Below are positions 49,019-60,915 of a stretch of DNA of 64,000 nt, piece after piece. A program made the position numbers and the translations under genes. Source of the stretch: Nitrospirota bacterium. Its GTDB lineage: Bacteria; Nitrospirota; UBA9217. The stretch spans positions 1,248,001 to 1,312,000 of the forward strand of contig CAVTRN010000001.1 in the NCBI GenBank assembly GCA_963737155.1, written 5' to 3'. The notes beneath the pieces are model-generated. The model saw nothing but the letters and a program-made list of their open reading frames with translations, did no database searches and was not told the DNA's origin. Within the stretch, counting starts at the first letter, position 1, and every line of letters starts with the position of its first letter.

Positions 49019-49456
49019 ATTGCTGGGTCTTAACCGATTCTTTAAATAATTTTCTTGGGTAGAAAAAGCTGACTGGCACCTTGTGTATGGCTTTTTACGC
49101 TTGAGTAGTGTGGTTGCGAAACGCAGTTAACGGCTGGCGGTACAGCCACTGCTATCCAGAGCGGCCGCATATTCGGCGGTACTGTATGAGATACTTAACA
49201 AATAAAAATTGTTGAACCTGCTAAAGAGCCTGATCTGCAAACAATGACTTCCTTCGGCAAAAAATTACTATAACTTACTTTTATGAAAGTTACGTTGAAC
49301 TAAATTGTGCTTTTTATGGTACAATGCCAATACGATTGGCTACTATGGTCAGAGGTCTTATTACGAGGCCGCCACTGACCGGAAATGGACGCAGATTGAT
49401 GTGTTCCCGGTCGATTTTGCTTCGGTGTCATTATTTCTGATTTTGGGGGGCAATTA

Positions 49457-51715
49457 ATGCCGATACAAGAAGGTACAGTTTTAATCACTGCATTGCATTC
49501 TGAAGTGGAAAACAGGTTTTTAACCTATGCACTGTCAACCATTGTTTCACGTTCGCTTCCCGATGTCCGTGACGGGCTCAAACCGGTTCACCGGAGAATT
49601 CTCTATGCCATGTGGGAGATGGGCCTCAGGCCATCAGCGAAGTTTAGGAAGAGCGCGGCCGTGGTTGGCGAGGTACTCGGGAAATTCCATCCGCACGGCG
49701 ATCAGGCTGCCTATGATGCGATGGTAAGGATGGCCCAGGATTTCTCGCTTCGCTATCCACTCGTCGAAGGCTCTGGAAATTTCGGTAGCCTCGATGGTGA
49801 TCCAGCGGCGGCTATGCGGTACACCGAAGCACGGCTTTCGCGAATAGCCGAAGAGCTGCTCGTGGAAATTGAAAAGGACACTGTCGGGTTCCGGCCGAAC
49901 TACGACAACTCGCTCAAGGAGCCGGTCGTGCTCCCCGCAAGGTTTCCGCAGCTTCTCGTGAACGGAACTTCAGGGATAGCTGTTGGCATGAGCTGCTCCT
50001 TTCCGCCGCATAACATCGCCGAGGTGATTGATGGACTTGCGGCCCTAATTGATGATTCGAACATCGAGGTTAAGGATATTCTCAAGCATATCAAAGGCCC
50101 CGACTTTCCCACAAGTGGACAGATTCTGAATTCGAAGAAGGATCTCAGGGATATTTACCAGTCCGGATCGGGCGGCATCAGGATACGGGGCGAGTATACT
50201 GCCGAGGATTTGCCACGCGGAAAGCAGGCGATCGTGTTCACTTCCATTCCGTATATGGTGAACAAAGCGAAGCTGCTCGAGAAACTCATCGGCCTGATGG
50301 AGGACAAGAAGCTGCCCCAGGTTTCAGCCGTAAGAGACGAGTCCACCGACTTGGTGCGGATTGTGCTTGAGCTAAGGGCAGAGACGAACGCCGAGCTTGT
50401 GACCGCATACCTGTTCAAGCACACGGACCTCGAGTCCACGTTCCCGATTAACTTCACGGCTCTCAAGCCGAACATGGAGCCTGAGCGCTTGTCGCTTAAG
50501 GAGCTCATGCGGTATTTCCTCGACTTTCGGCATGAGCTTGTGACGAAACGGCTGAACTTCGACCTCAAGATTTTAAAAGCACGGCTGCATATTCTTTCGG
50601 CATTCGAAAGGCTCTATGACGACCTAGATACGGCCATCAAGATTATCCGCAAGGCTAAGTCTCGCGAGGACGCGACCGAGAAACTTATGAAACATTTCAA
50701 ATTCGACGACGAGCAGGTGAAGTCGATTCTTGAGATGCAGCTCTATAAGCTGGTCGGGCTCGAGATTGATCGCATACTTAAGGAAAAAGCCGAAAAGACT
50801 AAGCAGAAAAAAGACATCGAGACAATTCTGGCGAGCCAGAGAAAGATATGGGATATCATCAAGTCCGAGCTTCTGGAGATCAAGGGGAAATACGGAGACA
50901 AACGAAAGTCGGTCATGAAGGCGGCTGAGGATGTGGAGTTTTCGCAGGAGGATTTTATCGTTCATGAGGATGTCACCGTGATCCTGACTAGGATGGGATG
51001 GATCAGGCGCGTTAAAACGGTGGGAGAGAACCTCCGGTTCAAGGAAGGAGACGACCTGCTCGTGCTCCTGCCGGCCAACACGAGGGATAATATAGCTGTT
51101 TTTTCCTCGGCAGGTAAAATCTATGTCCTGAAGGCTTTCGATCTGCCATCGGGCTCCGGTTTCGGCGAGCCGGTTCAGCATTTGTTCAAATTTGGTGACG
51201 GCGAACGGATGGTGACGGCCATGAACCTGTCGGCTGTTTTTGCAGGCACTCCAGGCGCCGAGGGAGCAGATCCCCAGGCCGAGCTTGCGCTTACACCGAA
51301 AGAAGTTACGGCGCTGACCGTGTCGACTCACGGCGTGGGTTTTGCGTTCGACCTTTCGCAATTCAATGCAGTGACCACCCGGGCAGGGAAAAAATTTGCA
51401 GGTGTGAAGCCCGGCGACAGCATCATGGGAGTCGATATCCTTGATATGCCGAATGTCCTGTTTCTTACGACTGAAGGCAAGGCCATTGTGGTGGCTGCGA
51501 AGGATATTGCGGTGCTTAGCGGCGCAGGCAAAGGGGTAAAGCTTGTGAATGTGAAGAACGGCGAGGTTGCCCTCTTCCGGCCTGTACGCAAGGGCGAGCA
51601 AATCAAAGTAATCGATGACAAGGGTAAGGAAAGAACGATTGACCTGAAAGACTACGGTGTTATGACGCGGGGTGCAGTAGGGCTCAAGGCCGTGAAGGCG
51701 GTGAAGTTCGCTTAA
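49457..51715 (+). CDS. Type IIA topoisomerase subunit A, ParC-like
   Basis: [28 protein letters not shown]; short CTD with no QxRGGKG GyrA-box in the first blade. Confidence 0.88.
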   Translation: MPIQEGTVLITALHSEVENRFLTYALSTIVSRSLPDVRDGLKPVHRRILYAMWEMGLRPSAKFRKSAAVVGEVLGKFHPHGDQAAYDAMVRMAQDFSLRYPLVEGSGNFGSLDGDPAAAMRYTEARLSRIAEELLVEIEKDTVGFRPNYDNSLKEPVVLPARFPQLLVNGTSGIAVGMSCSFPPHNIAEVIDGLAALIDDSNIEVKDILKHIKGPDFPTSGQILNSKKDLRDIYQSGSGGIRIRGEYTAEDLPRGKQAIVFTSIPYMVNKAKLLEKLIGLMEDKKLPQVSAVRDESTDLVRIVLELRAETNAELVTAYLFKHTDLESTFPINFTALKPNMEPERLSLKELMRYFLDFRHELVTKRLNFDLKILKARLHILSAFERLYDDLDTAIKIIRKAKSREDATEKLMKHFKFDDEQVKSILEMQLYKLVGLEIDRILKEKAEKTKQKKDIETILASQRKIWDIIKSELLEIKGKYGDKRKSVMKAAEDVEFSQEDFIVHEDVTVILTRMGWIRRVKTVGENLRFKEGDDLLVLLPANTRDNIAVFSSAGKIYVLKAFDLPSGSGFGEPVQHLFKFGDGERMVTAMNLSAVFAGTPGAEGADPQAELALTPKEVTALTVSTHGVGFAFDLSQFNAVTTRAGKKFAGVKPGDSIMGVDILDMPNVLFLTTEGKAIVVAAKDIAVLSGAGKGVKLVNVKNGEVALFRPVRKGEQIKVIDDKGKERTIDLKDYGVMTRGAVGLKAVKAVKFA

Positions 51716-52528
51716 ATGGAATACTACATAGCGTGGAGCCTATCTGCTCAAGACGCAGTGCGTCCCGGCCTTGATCTTTTTAAACGGGGAACGCTCGGGC
51801 GAGGGGAGTTTCCGGCAAAGGTGATCGAGCCTTTCCCCTTCTTGAACATCAGAATGCTCCGTAAGGCCTAAATTTTTAAGCCCCGAAATTCGTTCAGCAC
51901 AAGTGACACCTACCCCTGTTCCCAAACCTTTAATATTTGCATATAGCATAAAGACGATTAATCCACCATCTATAGATATGTCCCGACCATGATAAGTCCT
52001 TCTTTTCCATTTTTTGGTATACTCTCATCTCAGGAGGGCCGCCATTTACGAAGAATTTTTCTTCAACACTATCAGCCTCCCATTTTCGACCGTCGCATCC
52101 GGTATCTCGAAAAAGAGATTCAGGGCAGGGCCTCAGCAAGGCCTTCGCCCGGGATGAGAGTGAGAAGCTATTCAAAGGAACCATGAAGGCGAAAACAACT
52201 TGGAATACAGTCCCGATCGACGTGACTACAAGAAAGCATCTTTTTCTGCACGTGATAGAGAAGGAGGTTCTCGTACTACCCTACAGAAATTAATGGGTAT
52301 GGTACGAACCGATCAGCGAGTAAGATTTTTCATTCTGCCGCGCTCGCGCGATGTTTGGGCTATCCCGAATAATCAGGCGCGCCCATCACGGGACGTCCCG
52401 GCATCATTAAATTTTGTCACGACCCCCGTTGTCTGACTTTGTTCCGCGTCTCTGCAATGAAGCGGTGTCTTTGTAAGAACTCCACATTCGAAGATGCTAT
52501 ACTTAAATACGATAGGAGGAGTAACAGG

Positions 52529-53584
52529 ATGCCAGAAAAAATTCTTGAGTCCTTTCAGGTTAAACGTCTGGACATTCTCGATGAAAAAGGGAATGCGGAC
52601 GTATCGCTTGCGCCTGCGTTGACCGATGAAGAATTGAAGAGGATGTACGAAACCCTCGTGCTTGTGAGGACATTTGACCAGCGCGCGCTCAACCTGCAGC
52701 GGGAAGGGCGGCTCGGAACATATCCTTCCAACATGGGGCAGGAGGCGTCCCAGGTGGGCAGCACTTTTGCATCGGAGAAAACGGACTGGCTGTTTACTTC
52801 CTTCCGCGAAAACGGCGTATATGTTGCGGCGGGTTATCCTCTAGAACTCCTCTTTCAGTACTGGGCCGGCGATGAGCGGGGCATGAAAACTCCAGGTAAC
52901 TTGAACATCTTTCCTCTCTCCATTCCCGTGGGCACCCAGATCGTCCATGCAGTGGGTGCAGCCATGTCGGCGAAATACCGTAAGGACCGAGTCGGCGTTC
53001 TCGTGTACTTCGGCGACGGTGGCAGTTCTCGGGGGGATTTCCACGAAGGACTGAACATGGCCGGCGTGTTTAAGGCACCCGTCGTTTTCCTCTGCCAGAA
53101 CAATCAATGGGCCATATCGGTGCCGAGAGAGCGGCAGACCGCGGCTCAGACCATTGCCCAGAAGGCCGTTGCCTACGGCTTCGAAGGCATCCAGTTGGAT
53201 GGCAACGACATCTTTGCAGTGTACAAGGCAACGAAGGAGGCCCTCCAAAAGGCAAAAGAAGGTAAGGGGCCGACCTTGATTGAATGTTTCACCTATCGGA
53301 TAGCGGACCATACGACTTCTGACGATGCCTCGCGCTACCGACCGAAGGAAGAGCTGGAGATGTGGAAAGCACGGGACCCCATAATTCGTTTACGGTTGTT
53401 CATGGAGAACAAAGGCGTCTGGACGGAAGCGTACCAGAAAGATGTGGAAGCGCGCACGAAGGCCGTGATTGACGATGCCCAGAGAAAGGCTGACGCCGCT
53501 GCCCCTCCTGATCCACGGGATATGTTCACGTACACGTACAGCAGCCTCTCGCAGCAACAGATACGAGAGCTCAAGGATTTCTAA
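52529..53584 (+). CDS. pdhA: Pyruvate/2-oxoacid dehydrogenase E1 alpha
   Basis: GQEASQVG, TPP motif GDGGSSRGDFHEGLN...NNQWAIS, YRIADHTTSDD. Confidence 0.9.
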   Translation: MPEKILESFQVKRLDILDEKGNADVSLAPALTDEELKRMYETLVLVRTFDQRALNLQREGRLGTYPSNMGQEASQVGSTFASEKTDWLFTSFRENGVYVAAGYPLELLFQYWAGDERGMKTPGNLNIFPLSIPVGTQIVHAVGAAMSAKYRKDRVGVLVYFGDGGSSRGDFHEGLNMAGVFKAPVVFLCQNNQWAISVPRERQTAAQTIAQKAVAYGFEGIQLDGNDIFAVYKATKEALQKAKEGKGPTLIECFTYRIADHTTSDDASRYRPKEELEMWKARDPIIRLRLFMENKGVWTEAYQKDVEARTKAVIDDAQRKADAAAPPDPRDMFTYTYSSLSQQQIRELKDF

Positions 53585-53585
53585 T

Positions 53586-54548
53586 ATGGCGACTATGAAC
53601 ATGGTCCAGGCATTGAACTTGGCATTGCGGGAAGAAATGGACCGCGATAGGGACGTGGTTGTTCTCGGTGAGGATGTAGGCAAGGACGGTGGAGTGTTCC
53701 GCGTGACCGACGGCCTATTTAACCGCTTTGGATCCGAACGGGTAATCGACACTCCCCTCGCGGAAACCGGGATCGTGGGCACCGCCATCGGAATGGCCGC
53801 CTACGGACTAAAGCCCGTGGTGGAAATTCAATTCATGGGGTTTATTTATTCGGCCGTGGATCAGCTGTTTTCCCATGCTGCGCGCATTCGGGCTCGTTCG
53901 CGCGGAAGATTTGCCTCCTCTCTCGTCATCAGGACCCCGTATGGCGGTGGCGTTAAGGCGCTGGAACATCATTCAGAAAGCACGGAGGCACTCTTCTGTC
54001 ACATGCCGGGCATGAAAGTGGTCGTGCCGTCTTCTCCTCGCTTGGCGAAAGGCCTGCTACTTTCCGCCATCAGGGATCCAGACCCTGTTGTGTTTCTTGA
54101 ACCGACCCGGCTCTATCGTCTTATCAAAGAAGACGTTCCCGAGATCGACTACACCACTCCCCTGGGGAAGGCGAGGGTTGTTCAGGAAGGAAAGGACGTC
54201 ACTGTGATCGCGTGGGGTAGCATGCTCCATAGGACGATGAAGGCAGTGGAGGGATTCAATGCGGAGGTGATCGACCTTATGACCCTCTGCCCCTTTGATG
54301 AAGAGACCATACTTCAATCAGCGAAAAAAACGGGACGAGTGGTGATCGTCCATGAAGCCGTCGCCACCTGCGGGATGGGAGCCGAGATTTCCGCAACAAT
54401 TGCTGAGCATGCAATGCTTCACATGAAAGCTCCCATCGTCAGGGTCACGTCCTATGACGTTGTACTTCCCCTTCCAAAGCTCGAGGATTACTACCTGCCG
54501 AGTATTGAAAGAATTCGGAAAGGGATCGAGACAGTGCTGCAGTATTAA
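53586..54548 (+). CDS. pdhB: 2-oxoacid dehydrogenase E1 beta
   Basis: GEDVGKDGGVFRVT, DTPLAE, EIQFMGF, EHHSES. Confidence 0.92.
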   Translation: MATMNMVQALNLALREEMDRDRDVVVLGEDVGKDGGVFRVTDGLFNRFGSERVIDTPLAETGIVGTAIGMAAYGLKPVVEIQFMGFIYSAVDQLFSHAARIRARSRGRFASSLVIRTPYGGGVKALEHHSESTEALFCHMPGMKVVVPSSPRLAKGLLLSAIRDPDPVVFLEPTRLYRLIKEDVPEIDYTTPLGKARVVQEGKDVTVIAWGSMLHRTMKAVEGFNAEVIDLMTLCPFDEETILQSAKKTGRVVIVHEAVATCGMGAEISATIAEHAMLHMKAPIVRVTSYDVVLPLPKLEDYYLPSIERIRKGIETVLQY

Positions 54549-54755
54549 AGCCTAAAAACTGGGTCACCGGGTCGACCACGGGTTCGCTTCACGAACATAC
54601 GGAGGGGCAACCTTTGATCGAAAGCACGTAAACACTGAAAAAAAGAAATTACGGAGTTGACTTTTGATGTCAGTCCGGTTTGTGCGGCATGACGTCAGGA
54701 ATTGTGCATAACCAAGTTAAGACGTTCATTGAGTCTTATTAAAAGTAAAGCAGAA

Positions 54756-54785
54756 AACCACAGGCGTAAGCCCGTGGCTATCTAC
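54756..54785. repeat. REP/IS200-605-end-like palindrome
   Basis: ACCACAGGC-GTAA-GCCCGTGGCT followed by ATCTAC (GTAG on the minus strand); partial copy ACCACGGG near 54575. Confidence 0.35.
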
Positions 54786-54847
54786 TCAGTTTTTTTGTTT
54801 CAAACCGTGTCTATACGTTGTTATAATTACGCTAAAGGACGGTGACT

Positions 54848-56098
54848 ATGGCGTTCGAATTTTTATTGCCTGACTTAGGCGAGGGCATTGCCGAGGCGGA
54901 AATCAGAAAATGGCTGGTCAAGGTTGGTGATACCGTGGAGGAGCATCAGTCTGTTGTGGAGGTGGAGACGGACAAAGCGGTTGTAGAGGTTCCGTCACCG
55001 AAAAAGGGGAATGTTCTGAAGATCGCTAAAGAGGAAGGCGAGATGGTTAAAGTCGGTGAGGCGCTGATCGTGCTTGGCGAGGCAGGGGAGAAAATTGACG
55101 AGCCAAGGCCGGCAGCGGAAAAGCCGAAAAAGGAAGAACGCGAGAAATCAGTGTCTGTAGTCGGTGTGCTTCCCGAGGAAGAGGAGGAAGTGAAACCGAG
55201 GGCTGCAGCGCCTGCGGCCGCTTCTCCGCGGAGAGAAGCGGCTGCCATCCTCGCCACGCCTGCCGTGCGAGCGGCTGCAAGGGAGCAGGGCGTGAGCCTC
55301 GAAAAAATTAAGGGAACGGGCCCGGGCGGCAGCATTACGCTAGATGAAGTTCTCAAGGCAAAAGTGCAAACGGCCAGAGCTTTGGAGCAGCCCGGAGAAA
55401 TCGAGCGGATCGTCATTCGGGGGCTTAGAAAGACAATCGCTAAGAACCTTGTGTTCACACAGAATACAATGGCCTCGGTAACGGAAACAGAGGAGGCGGA
55501 CATCACCGAGCTCTGGGATTTGCGGGAGCGGGAGAAGAAGGCTGTCCAGGAAAAGGGGGGCCATCTGACTTTCATGCCTTTTTTCATCAAAGCTGCTCAG
55601 CATACACTCAGGGAATTCGGCATGTTCAACGCTTCAGTAGATGAGAACCGCGAAGAAATCATGGTGAAGAAGTATTACAACATTGGCGTAGCCGTGGACA
55701 CGGCGGAAGGACTTATCGTTCCGGTCGTCAGGAATGTGGAAAAAAAATCGGTCCGCGAATTGGCCACCGAGCTTCAGAATTTAAGCGAACTTGCGCGGGA
55801 TCGGAAAATTAAGCTCGAGGACCTGAAAGGCAGCACCTTTACAATCACGAATTACGGAGCATTTGGAGCAGCGTTTGCCACGCCTATTATCAATTATCCT
55901 GACGTGGCAATCCTCGGCACTGGAAAAATTTCGGAAAAGCCTTGGGTGAAGGGAGGGAAGATAGAAATTAGGAAGATCCTCCCCCTTTCCTTGACCTTCG
56001 ACCATCGGGTGAACGATGGAGCCGGGGCAGCAAAATTTCTGACGCGGCTGGTCGGCTATCTGGAAGACCCGGCGTCGTTGTTTATGGAGAGTGTGTAG
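54848..56098 (+). CDS. pdhC: Dihydrolipoamide acyltransferase E2
   Basis: Lipoyl domain ETDKA, PSBD ATPAVR...GTGPGG, catalytic DHRVNDG. Confidence 0.92.
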   Translation: MAFEFLLPDLGEGIAEAEIRKWLVKVGDTVEEHQSVVEVETDKAVVEVPSPKKGNVLKIAKEEGEMVKVGEALIVLGEAGEKIDEPRPAAEKPKKEEREKSVSVVGVLPEEEEEVKPRAAAPAAASPRREAAAILATPAVRAAAREQGVSLEKIKGTGPGGSITLDEVLKAKVQTARALEQPGEIERIVIRGLRKTIAKNLVFTQNTMASVTETEEADITELWDLREREKKAVQEKGGHLTFMPFFIKAAQHTLREFGMFNASVDENREEIMVKKYYNIGVAVDTAEGLIVPVVRNVEKKSVRELATELQNLSELARDRKIKLEDLKGSTFTITNYGAFGAAFATPIINYPDVAILGTGKISEKPWVKGGKIEIRKILPLSLTFDHRVNDGAGAAKFLTRLVGYLEDPASLFMESV

Positions 56099-56679
56099 CC
56101 TTTTTGTCGTTCTCCCAGCCATATCAACAACAGTTGCTTTCCCTGGCTGGATCACTGCCGTCGCGAGGTCGGCTATCTGCCAGTAAGCAGAGCAGTAGTG
56201 ATGGCTGCGGCTCAACCCACGCCGGGATTGCCGCTCAATGCCCCGAAGACGCAATTCCCGGGGGCAGGCACCACATTCCATTATACGCCTGGTCAGTTTT
56301 GCCGTTCCGAGTGTACCCTTGCCCGCTGTACATCAGATATAGATGCACAGCGTATGGAGCACTAGGAGCCCGCATTCATAACTTTGAGTTCGCGCCGAAG
56401 GAGTCGAGAGTCGTTTATAGTTTACGGTAATTAAGATGTCCGAATCAGTCGCGGTGTCGCCTATTGCGTAGAGTCCCGGTGCAACGGATATTTCATCCGG
56501 AAGGTGCCAATCCGGCTTTTAATCATGCCCAGTCGGTCCGCATCCGACCAATCCGATAAGGCGCGGAAGACCGAGCCCACGGGATTCGACATCAACCTAA
56601 TGACGACCGTGAGGAATCGAATGGCGCTTTGGCCTTATGTGGAATCTTCAGTTCTCCGTCATTTAGAAAGGCAAAAGTC

Positions 56680-57171
56680 ATGAATATCGAGATATCCGCG
56701 ACAGAATATCGCGACCTGCTTGACATCCTGCACATCGCTGATGTGGTCACGTCAGGACATCGGAGAGAAGAAGACAAGCGTAGCGCGCGGCATCGCTCGC
56801 TTATTCAGAAACTCTATGCCCTCGCAGGGCGAGAAGGTCTTGACCGGCTGATCGGCTATAACGAAAGTTCGCGTACCTATGTACCGACCGCAGAATATGA
56901 AGAAAACAGCTTATCGCATGTATTGATCGATGAGTTTGGAGACCACCTCTTCTGGGATGAACTGATCTCTCGATTATCAGTGCGAGACGCGGCGCAGAGT
57001 GCAGGAGGAATGAACCGCCTCATTGCAATGAGCGACGATGAACGACAGGCAGCAGAAGGGCCTATCCGGCAAAAATATGTTGAAGAATTCTCAAACAATG
57101 GTATTGCCAATCTCGCTGTCATCGAACGGTTCACCTTGGGCGGAGCGATGCGGGTCAAGACGTCGGACTGA
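56680..57171 (+). CDS. Hypothetical protein
   Basis: 163-aa ORF with FWDELISRLS.RD motif; function unknown. Confidence 0.62.
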   Translation: MNIEISATEYRDLLDILHIADVVTSGHRREEDKRSARHRSLIQKLYALAGREGLDRLIGYNESSRTYVPTAEYEENSLSHVLIDEFGDHLFWDELISRLSVRDAAQSAGGMNRLIAMSDDERQAAEGPIRQKYVEEFSNNGIANLAVIERFTLGGAMRVKTSD

Positions 57172-57788
57172 TCTCGTCATATTTGCCTAAACAAAGGAAG
57201 TATTCGCCCGGTAGATTGGGCAAAATGAGGCACCCACTTGCCCAACATATTCTCGATCACGACATTGGTCGTGCTTATCCCAGCCTATGGAACTTCGTAT
57301 TATACCTGGAGCTCACGCCTGGCCTTCGCAACTCACTGTTCCAGCTCATGTTTTACCCTTCTCGTTATTTTGACTCAATCTTCTTTTCAGGATGATGTAA
57401 TGCCGTGTTGTTTATGATGCACCTTCTCCTGAAGGACGCCATGCTTTACATGAGCAAGAATAGCACTCAGGGTCGACGATTCGCTGCAGAATCCTCTCGA
57501 TAGGTCATTAACTTTAGGTTCCAGCAGAACTAGGTGGACCCAACTTGGGTTAAATTCCAAAGCATAGTCGATGCTTAGTAATAAACGGGGGTGAAGCTTG
57601 CACGATAGCAATTAAACAATATTTTCGTAAAAAATCTGCTACTTTGATATATATATGCTCCTCCTCTGGGACCAATTATCAGCGGCATAGGTTGACGAGA
57701 GCCCATTCCGGTGATAAGCTGTAAATAGAAATAGGATTATATTCATCCTTTATTAGATGTACATGTTGTGCGTATGGGAGGTGTAGGT

Positions 57789-58688
57789 ATGATAGCGATA
57801 TTGGGTGCAACGGGTAATGTGGGTGGCAAGATAGCCACTATTCTGGCAAAGAAGAGCGAACCGGTTCGCGCGGTCTCGCGCTCTATTGAGCGTCTTCGGC
57901 CACTGGCGAGCAAGACCGTCACGGTGTTCGCAGGGGACGCCAAGGAGACTGAGTTTCTGGTAAAAGCCTTCACAGATGTTGATGCCGTGTTTGCACTTAT
58001 ACCACCGAACCCGGCAGCGCCGGAGTTCATGCGCTATACTGACACGATTGGTCAGAGCATCGCGCGAGCACTGGCCATCGCTAAGGTGAAGCACGTTGTC
58101 TTCCTATCGAGTGTCGGCGCGGAGCTTGCAGGCGAACCGACTGGGCCAATCAAGGGTCTGCATAATATGGAAGAGCGGTTGAACAATATCAAGGGGCTGA
58201 ATGTTATGCATGTGCGGGCCGGCTACTTCATGGAGAATCTGCTCTCGAACATTGACCTGATCAGGTCCAAGGGCATCACCGGCAGCGCGGTCCGAGGAGA
58301 CGTCAAGATTGCCACGATCGCAACGAAGGACATTGCAGTGTATGCGGCTGAGCATCTGGCAAAACGGGATTTTATCGGCTCTTCGGTCCATTATCTCCTT
58401 GGCCAGAGGGATATCACTTTGATCGAGGCGTCAGACATTATCGGGAGCAAGATCTCGAAACCTGGCTTGCCATATGTTTTGTTCCCTTATGATGAGGCTG
58501 AAAAGACCATGGTTGCCATGGGACTTTCCCCTGATATGAGCAGGACCTACGTCGAGATGGCCCGGGCCTTCAATGAGGGAAAGATTAAGGCTGAGAAGCG
58601 CACTAAGGAGAACACAACGCCGACCTCGATCGAGTTATTCTGCGACGAGGTGTTTGTTCCGGCATTCACAAAAAAGAAAGCCGCATAA
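57789..58688 (+). CDS. NmrA-family NAD(P)-binding protein
   Basis: GATGNVGG, VVFLSS.GA, RAGYFMENL, IATKDIA. Confidence 0.88.
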   Translation: MIAILGATGNVGGKIATILAKKSEPVRAVSRSIERLRPLASKTVTVFAGDAKETEFLVKAFTDVDAVFALIPPNPAAPEFMRYTDTIGQSIARALAIAKVKHVVFLSSVGAELAGEPTGPIKGLHNMEERLNNIKGLNVMHVRAGYFMENLLSNIDLIRSKGITGSAVRGDVKIATIATKDIAVYAAEHLAKRDFIGSSVHYLLGQRDITLIEASDIIGSKISKPGLPYVLFPYDEAEKTMVAMGLSPDMSRTYVEMARAFNEGKIKAEKRTKENTTPTSIELFCDEVFVPAFTKKKAA

Positions 58689-58734
58689 ATGGACTATATT
58701 GGACAAGATCAGCGGCAAACAGGATTCTTTGAGT

Positions 58735-59010
58735 GTGGTGGCGTGACCGATGCCGACGTTCACCCAGCCTCAATTGTCTGTTATATCATAGATGCGGAGG
58801 GGCTAATCTTGTCCAATCATTTACCCTGAATATTGTGGCCCTTTATTTCTGAAGCGCAACTGCGTGTGGAGTTCTATGTCGTTTTTCTTGAAGTTGCCGA
58901 CAAACATTTCTTTCTTTGTGTCCACTGATAATACAGGCTGATCACTACGCATTTTTGATGTGTTCAAATTGAGTATTCCAATAAGAGTGTTGCGTTCTGA
59001 GAACAGAATA
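58735..59010 (-). pseudogene. ISAzo13-family transposase relic
   Basis: QPVLSVDTKKEMFVGNFK and IYDITDN*GWVNVGIGH match ISAzo13 motifs. Confidence 0.72.
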
Positions 59011-59708
59011 ACAATAGCGTGTTGTGCAATTGCAGGCATATGATCAGTTTGAAGTGCCGTTCGGGTTGTTAGCATTTGACGTGCCGCTGCTTCCTCGATG
59101 CACGGCAATCAAGCCCGCTGCGAGCAGTATTCTGCATCGCGCAGCAGCGATTGTGTTGCCTTCGCTTTATCCGGTTGTACAGGGAGGACGGTATACTCGT
59201 CAGAGAGTGGAAAGCACGGTTATAGTTGTGAAAACGAGAATTGGACCGTATAGCCGCTGCCGGATATTCCTCTACCGCGAATACAAAATCTGACAGGTAT
59301 ACTCTCAGCAGGCGATCGTGTGCGGGGTATAGTGACGCAAAAAAAGTCTGCAATAGACGCTCCAGTATCAACTACGCCGTAGCCTTTAGAAAGCGAGCAA
59401 CCTTTTCTCTGTTGACCGCGGATATCCTGCCGGAGTCTGCATTGAACCTCTTCCGGCACCGAAGCGCGAGAAGCGTGTCGTTCTGGTTGCCCTTATGCTA
59501 AACACAGGATCTCATGCACTGAATCTCGGGTCAGTTAAACAGCCTAAAATGGCAGAAAGACACTTTCTGCACAGGCAACGACGATATTATACCATCTACC
59601 CTTCTATCGCGGGGCTTTACATGGCGCGTCGTCGACGCCTCTCCGGTCCTACGGATGGGATGCGATGCGACCTTCACATTCGCTTCACCACGATGCGATA
59701 CTACAACA

Positions 59709-60374
59709 TTACGCTGCGCGAATATTTTTGCTCACGGCTTGGCCGCGCTGGACTAAACTAAGAGCGATGCCTGTGCCGCGCTTTGCCATATAGCCGAACC
59801 AGATGTTTAGCATGCCCATCGGCTCGAGATAGCGAGCGTTTGCAAGCGGCCCCGCGTCGATTGCTTCGAAGCCTATGCTCTCAATAAGTTGTTGCACAGT
59901 CTTCCGGGCAGACTCATCGTCGCTGCAGTAGAATGCTGATGCGCGAATTCCCTTGCCGAAGTCAGGCCCTTCGTTAAACACTTGGGCGAATACCGTGTTG
60001 AATGCCTTTACGATCTTTACGCCTGGGAGCGCCTTCGCGAGTTCTTCTGCAAATGATGTGGTAAACCCAACGCTCAATCCTGACATGTCTGGCTGAAGCG
60101 GGTTGGCAATGTCGATAACGATTTTATCATTGAGATTCCCACAGCTTTTAAGCGCATTCAGCTGCTCTCCTGCTGATGTTGCTGCAATCAGTATGTCCAC
60201 TCCCTTTGCAACCTCCGTTGGCGGCACGACTTTTACCCGAGGCCCGATCTGCTTCGCGGTCTTCTCGGCTGCCGAGAGGTTTCTGGCAGTCATTAATACG
60301 TCGTGTCCCGCGAGCGTGATACAGCGGGCAAGTGCGGAACCCATGTTACCTGATCCGACGATCCCTATTTTCAT
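59709..60374 (-). CDS. NADPH-dependent F420 reductase-like oxidoreductase
   Basis: MKIGIVGSGNMG, IDIANP, VKAFNT, DAGPLANARYLE. Confidence 0.88.
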   Translation of the reverse strand: MKIGIVGSGNMGSALARCITLAGHDVLMTARNLSAAEKTAKQIGPRVKVVPPTEVAKGVDILIAATSAGEQLNALKSCGNLNDKIVIDIANPLQPDMSGLSVGFTTSFAEELAKALPGVKIVKAFNTVFAQVFNEGPDFGKGIRASAFYCSDDESARKTVQQLIESIGFEAIDAGPLANARYLEPMGMLNIWFGYMAKRGTGIALSLVQRGQAVSKNIRAA

Positions 60375-60559
60375 TGTAGTTCCCTCCTCATATTTTGATA
60401 TATCTTCCTGTTTAATTTGTAGCTCTGGCATGGGGAGTTGTCAAGCGAGTGGAACTTCAGGAATGATCAGTAAGTATGAACAAATAAAGATTCATAAATT
60501 GGGGATCCCTTTCTGTTGCTTACCAAGTTGAAGTATCGCGCTGTCCTCCTGTTCAGGGG

Positions 60560-60915
60560 GTGCCGATGTGCGTGAGCGCTTTTGATTGCGCCCGGGTGTG
60601 CGATCCTCGTCCGCCGATCAGAATAACGTCGGGTATCCTGATCAGTTTATTGAGGGCCGCGATGATTGCTGGGTCTTCACGGAACAGCAAAGTCCGGTTT
60701 TTTCGGGGGCTATACTTGTTTCTTCACGGTAGCCTGCCCCATAAACGTCTGTCGCGGATATCTATACAGATAGTCTGCTACATATACCGGTTTCTCGAAG
60801 AAGCAGCATCAATGCCTGAGAGATGTTCTGTTTCCAATGCGGGGGTTCGATCGAAGCATGTCTCCTGCAAGCAACTGCATTTCACGGGCAGTCTGTTATC
60901 TTTGGCCATAAGATA
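60560..60915 (-). pseudogene. nfi: Endonuclease V relic
   Basis: SGIDAA... and LLFREDPAIIAALNKLIRIPDVILIGGRG resemble AGVDAAF and PGLLxFRExP...PDxILxDGxG; disrupted. Confidence 0.6.

Noticed and set aside
51740-52480. Decayed minus-strand coding-like sequence, possibly acetate kinase
   Set aside because: Resemblance is too fragmentary to support a call.
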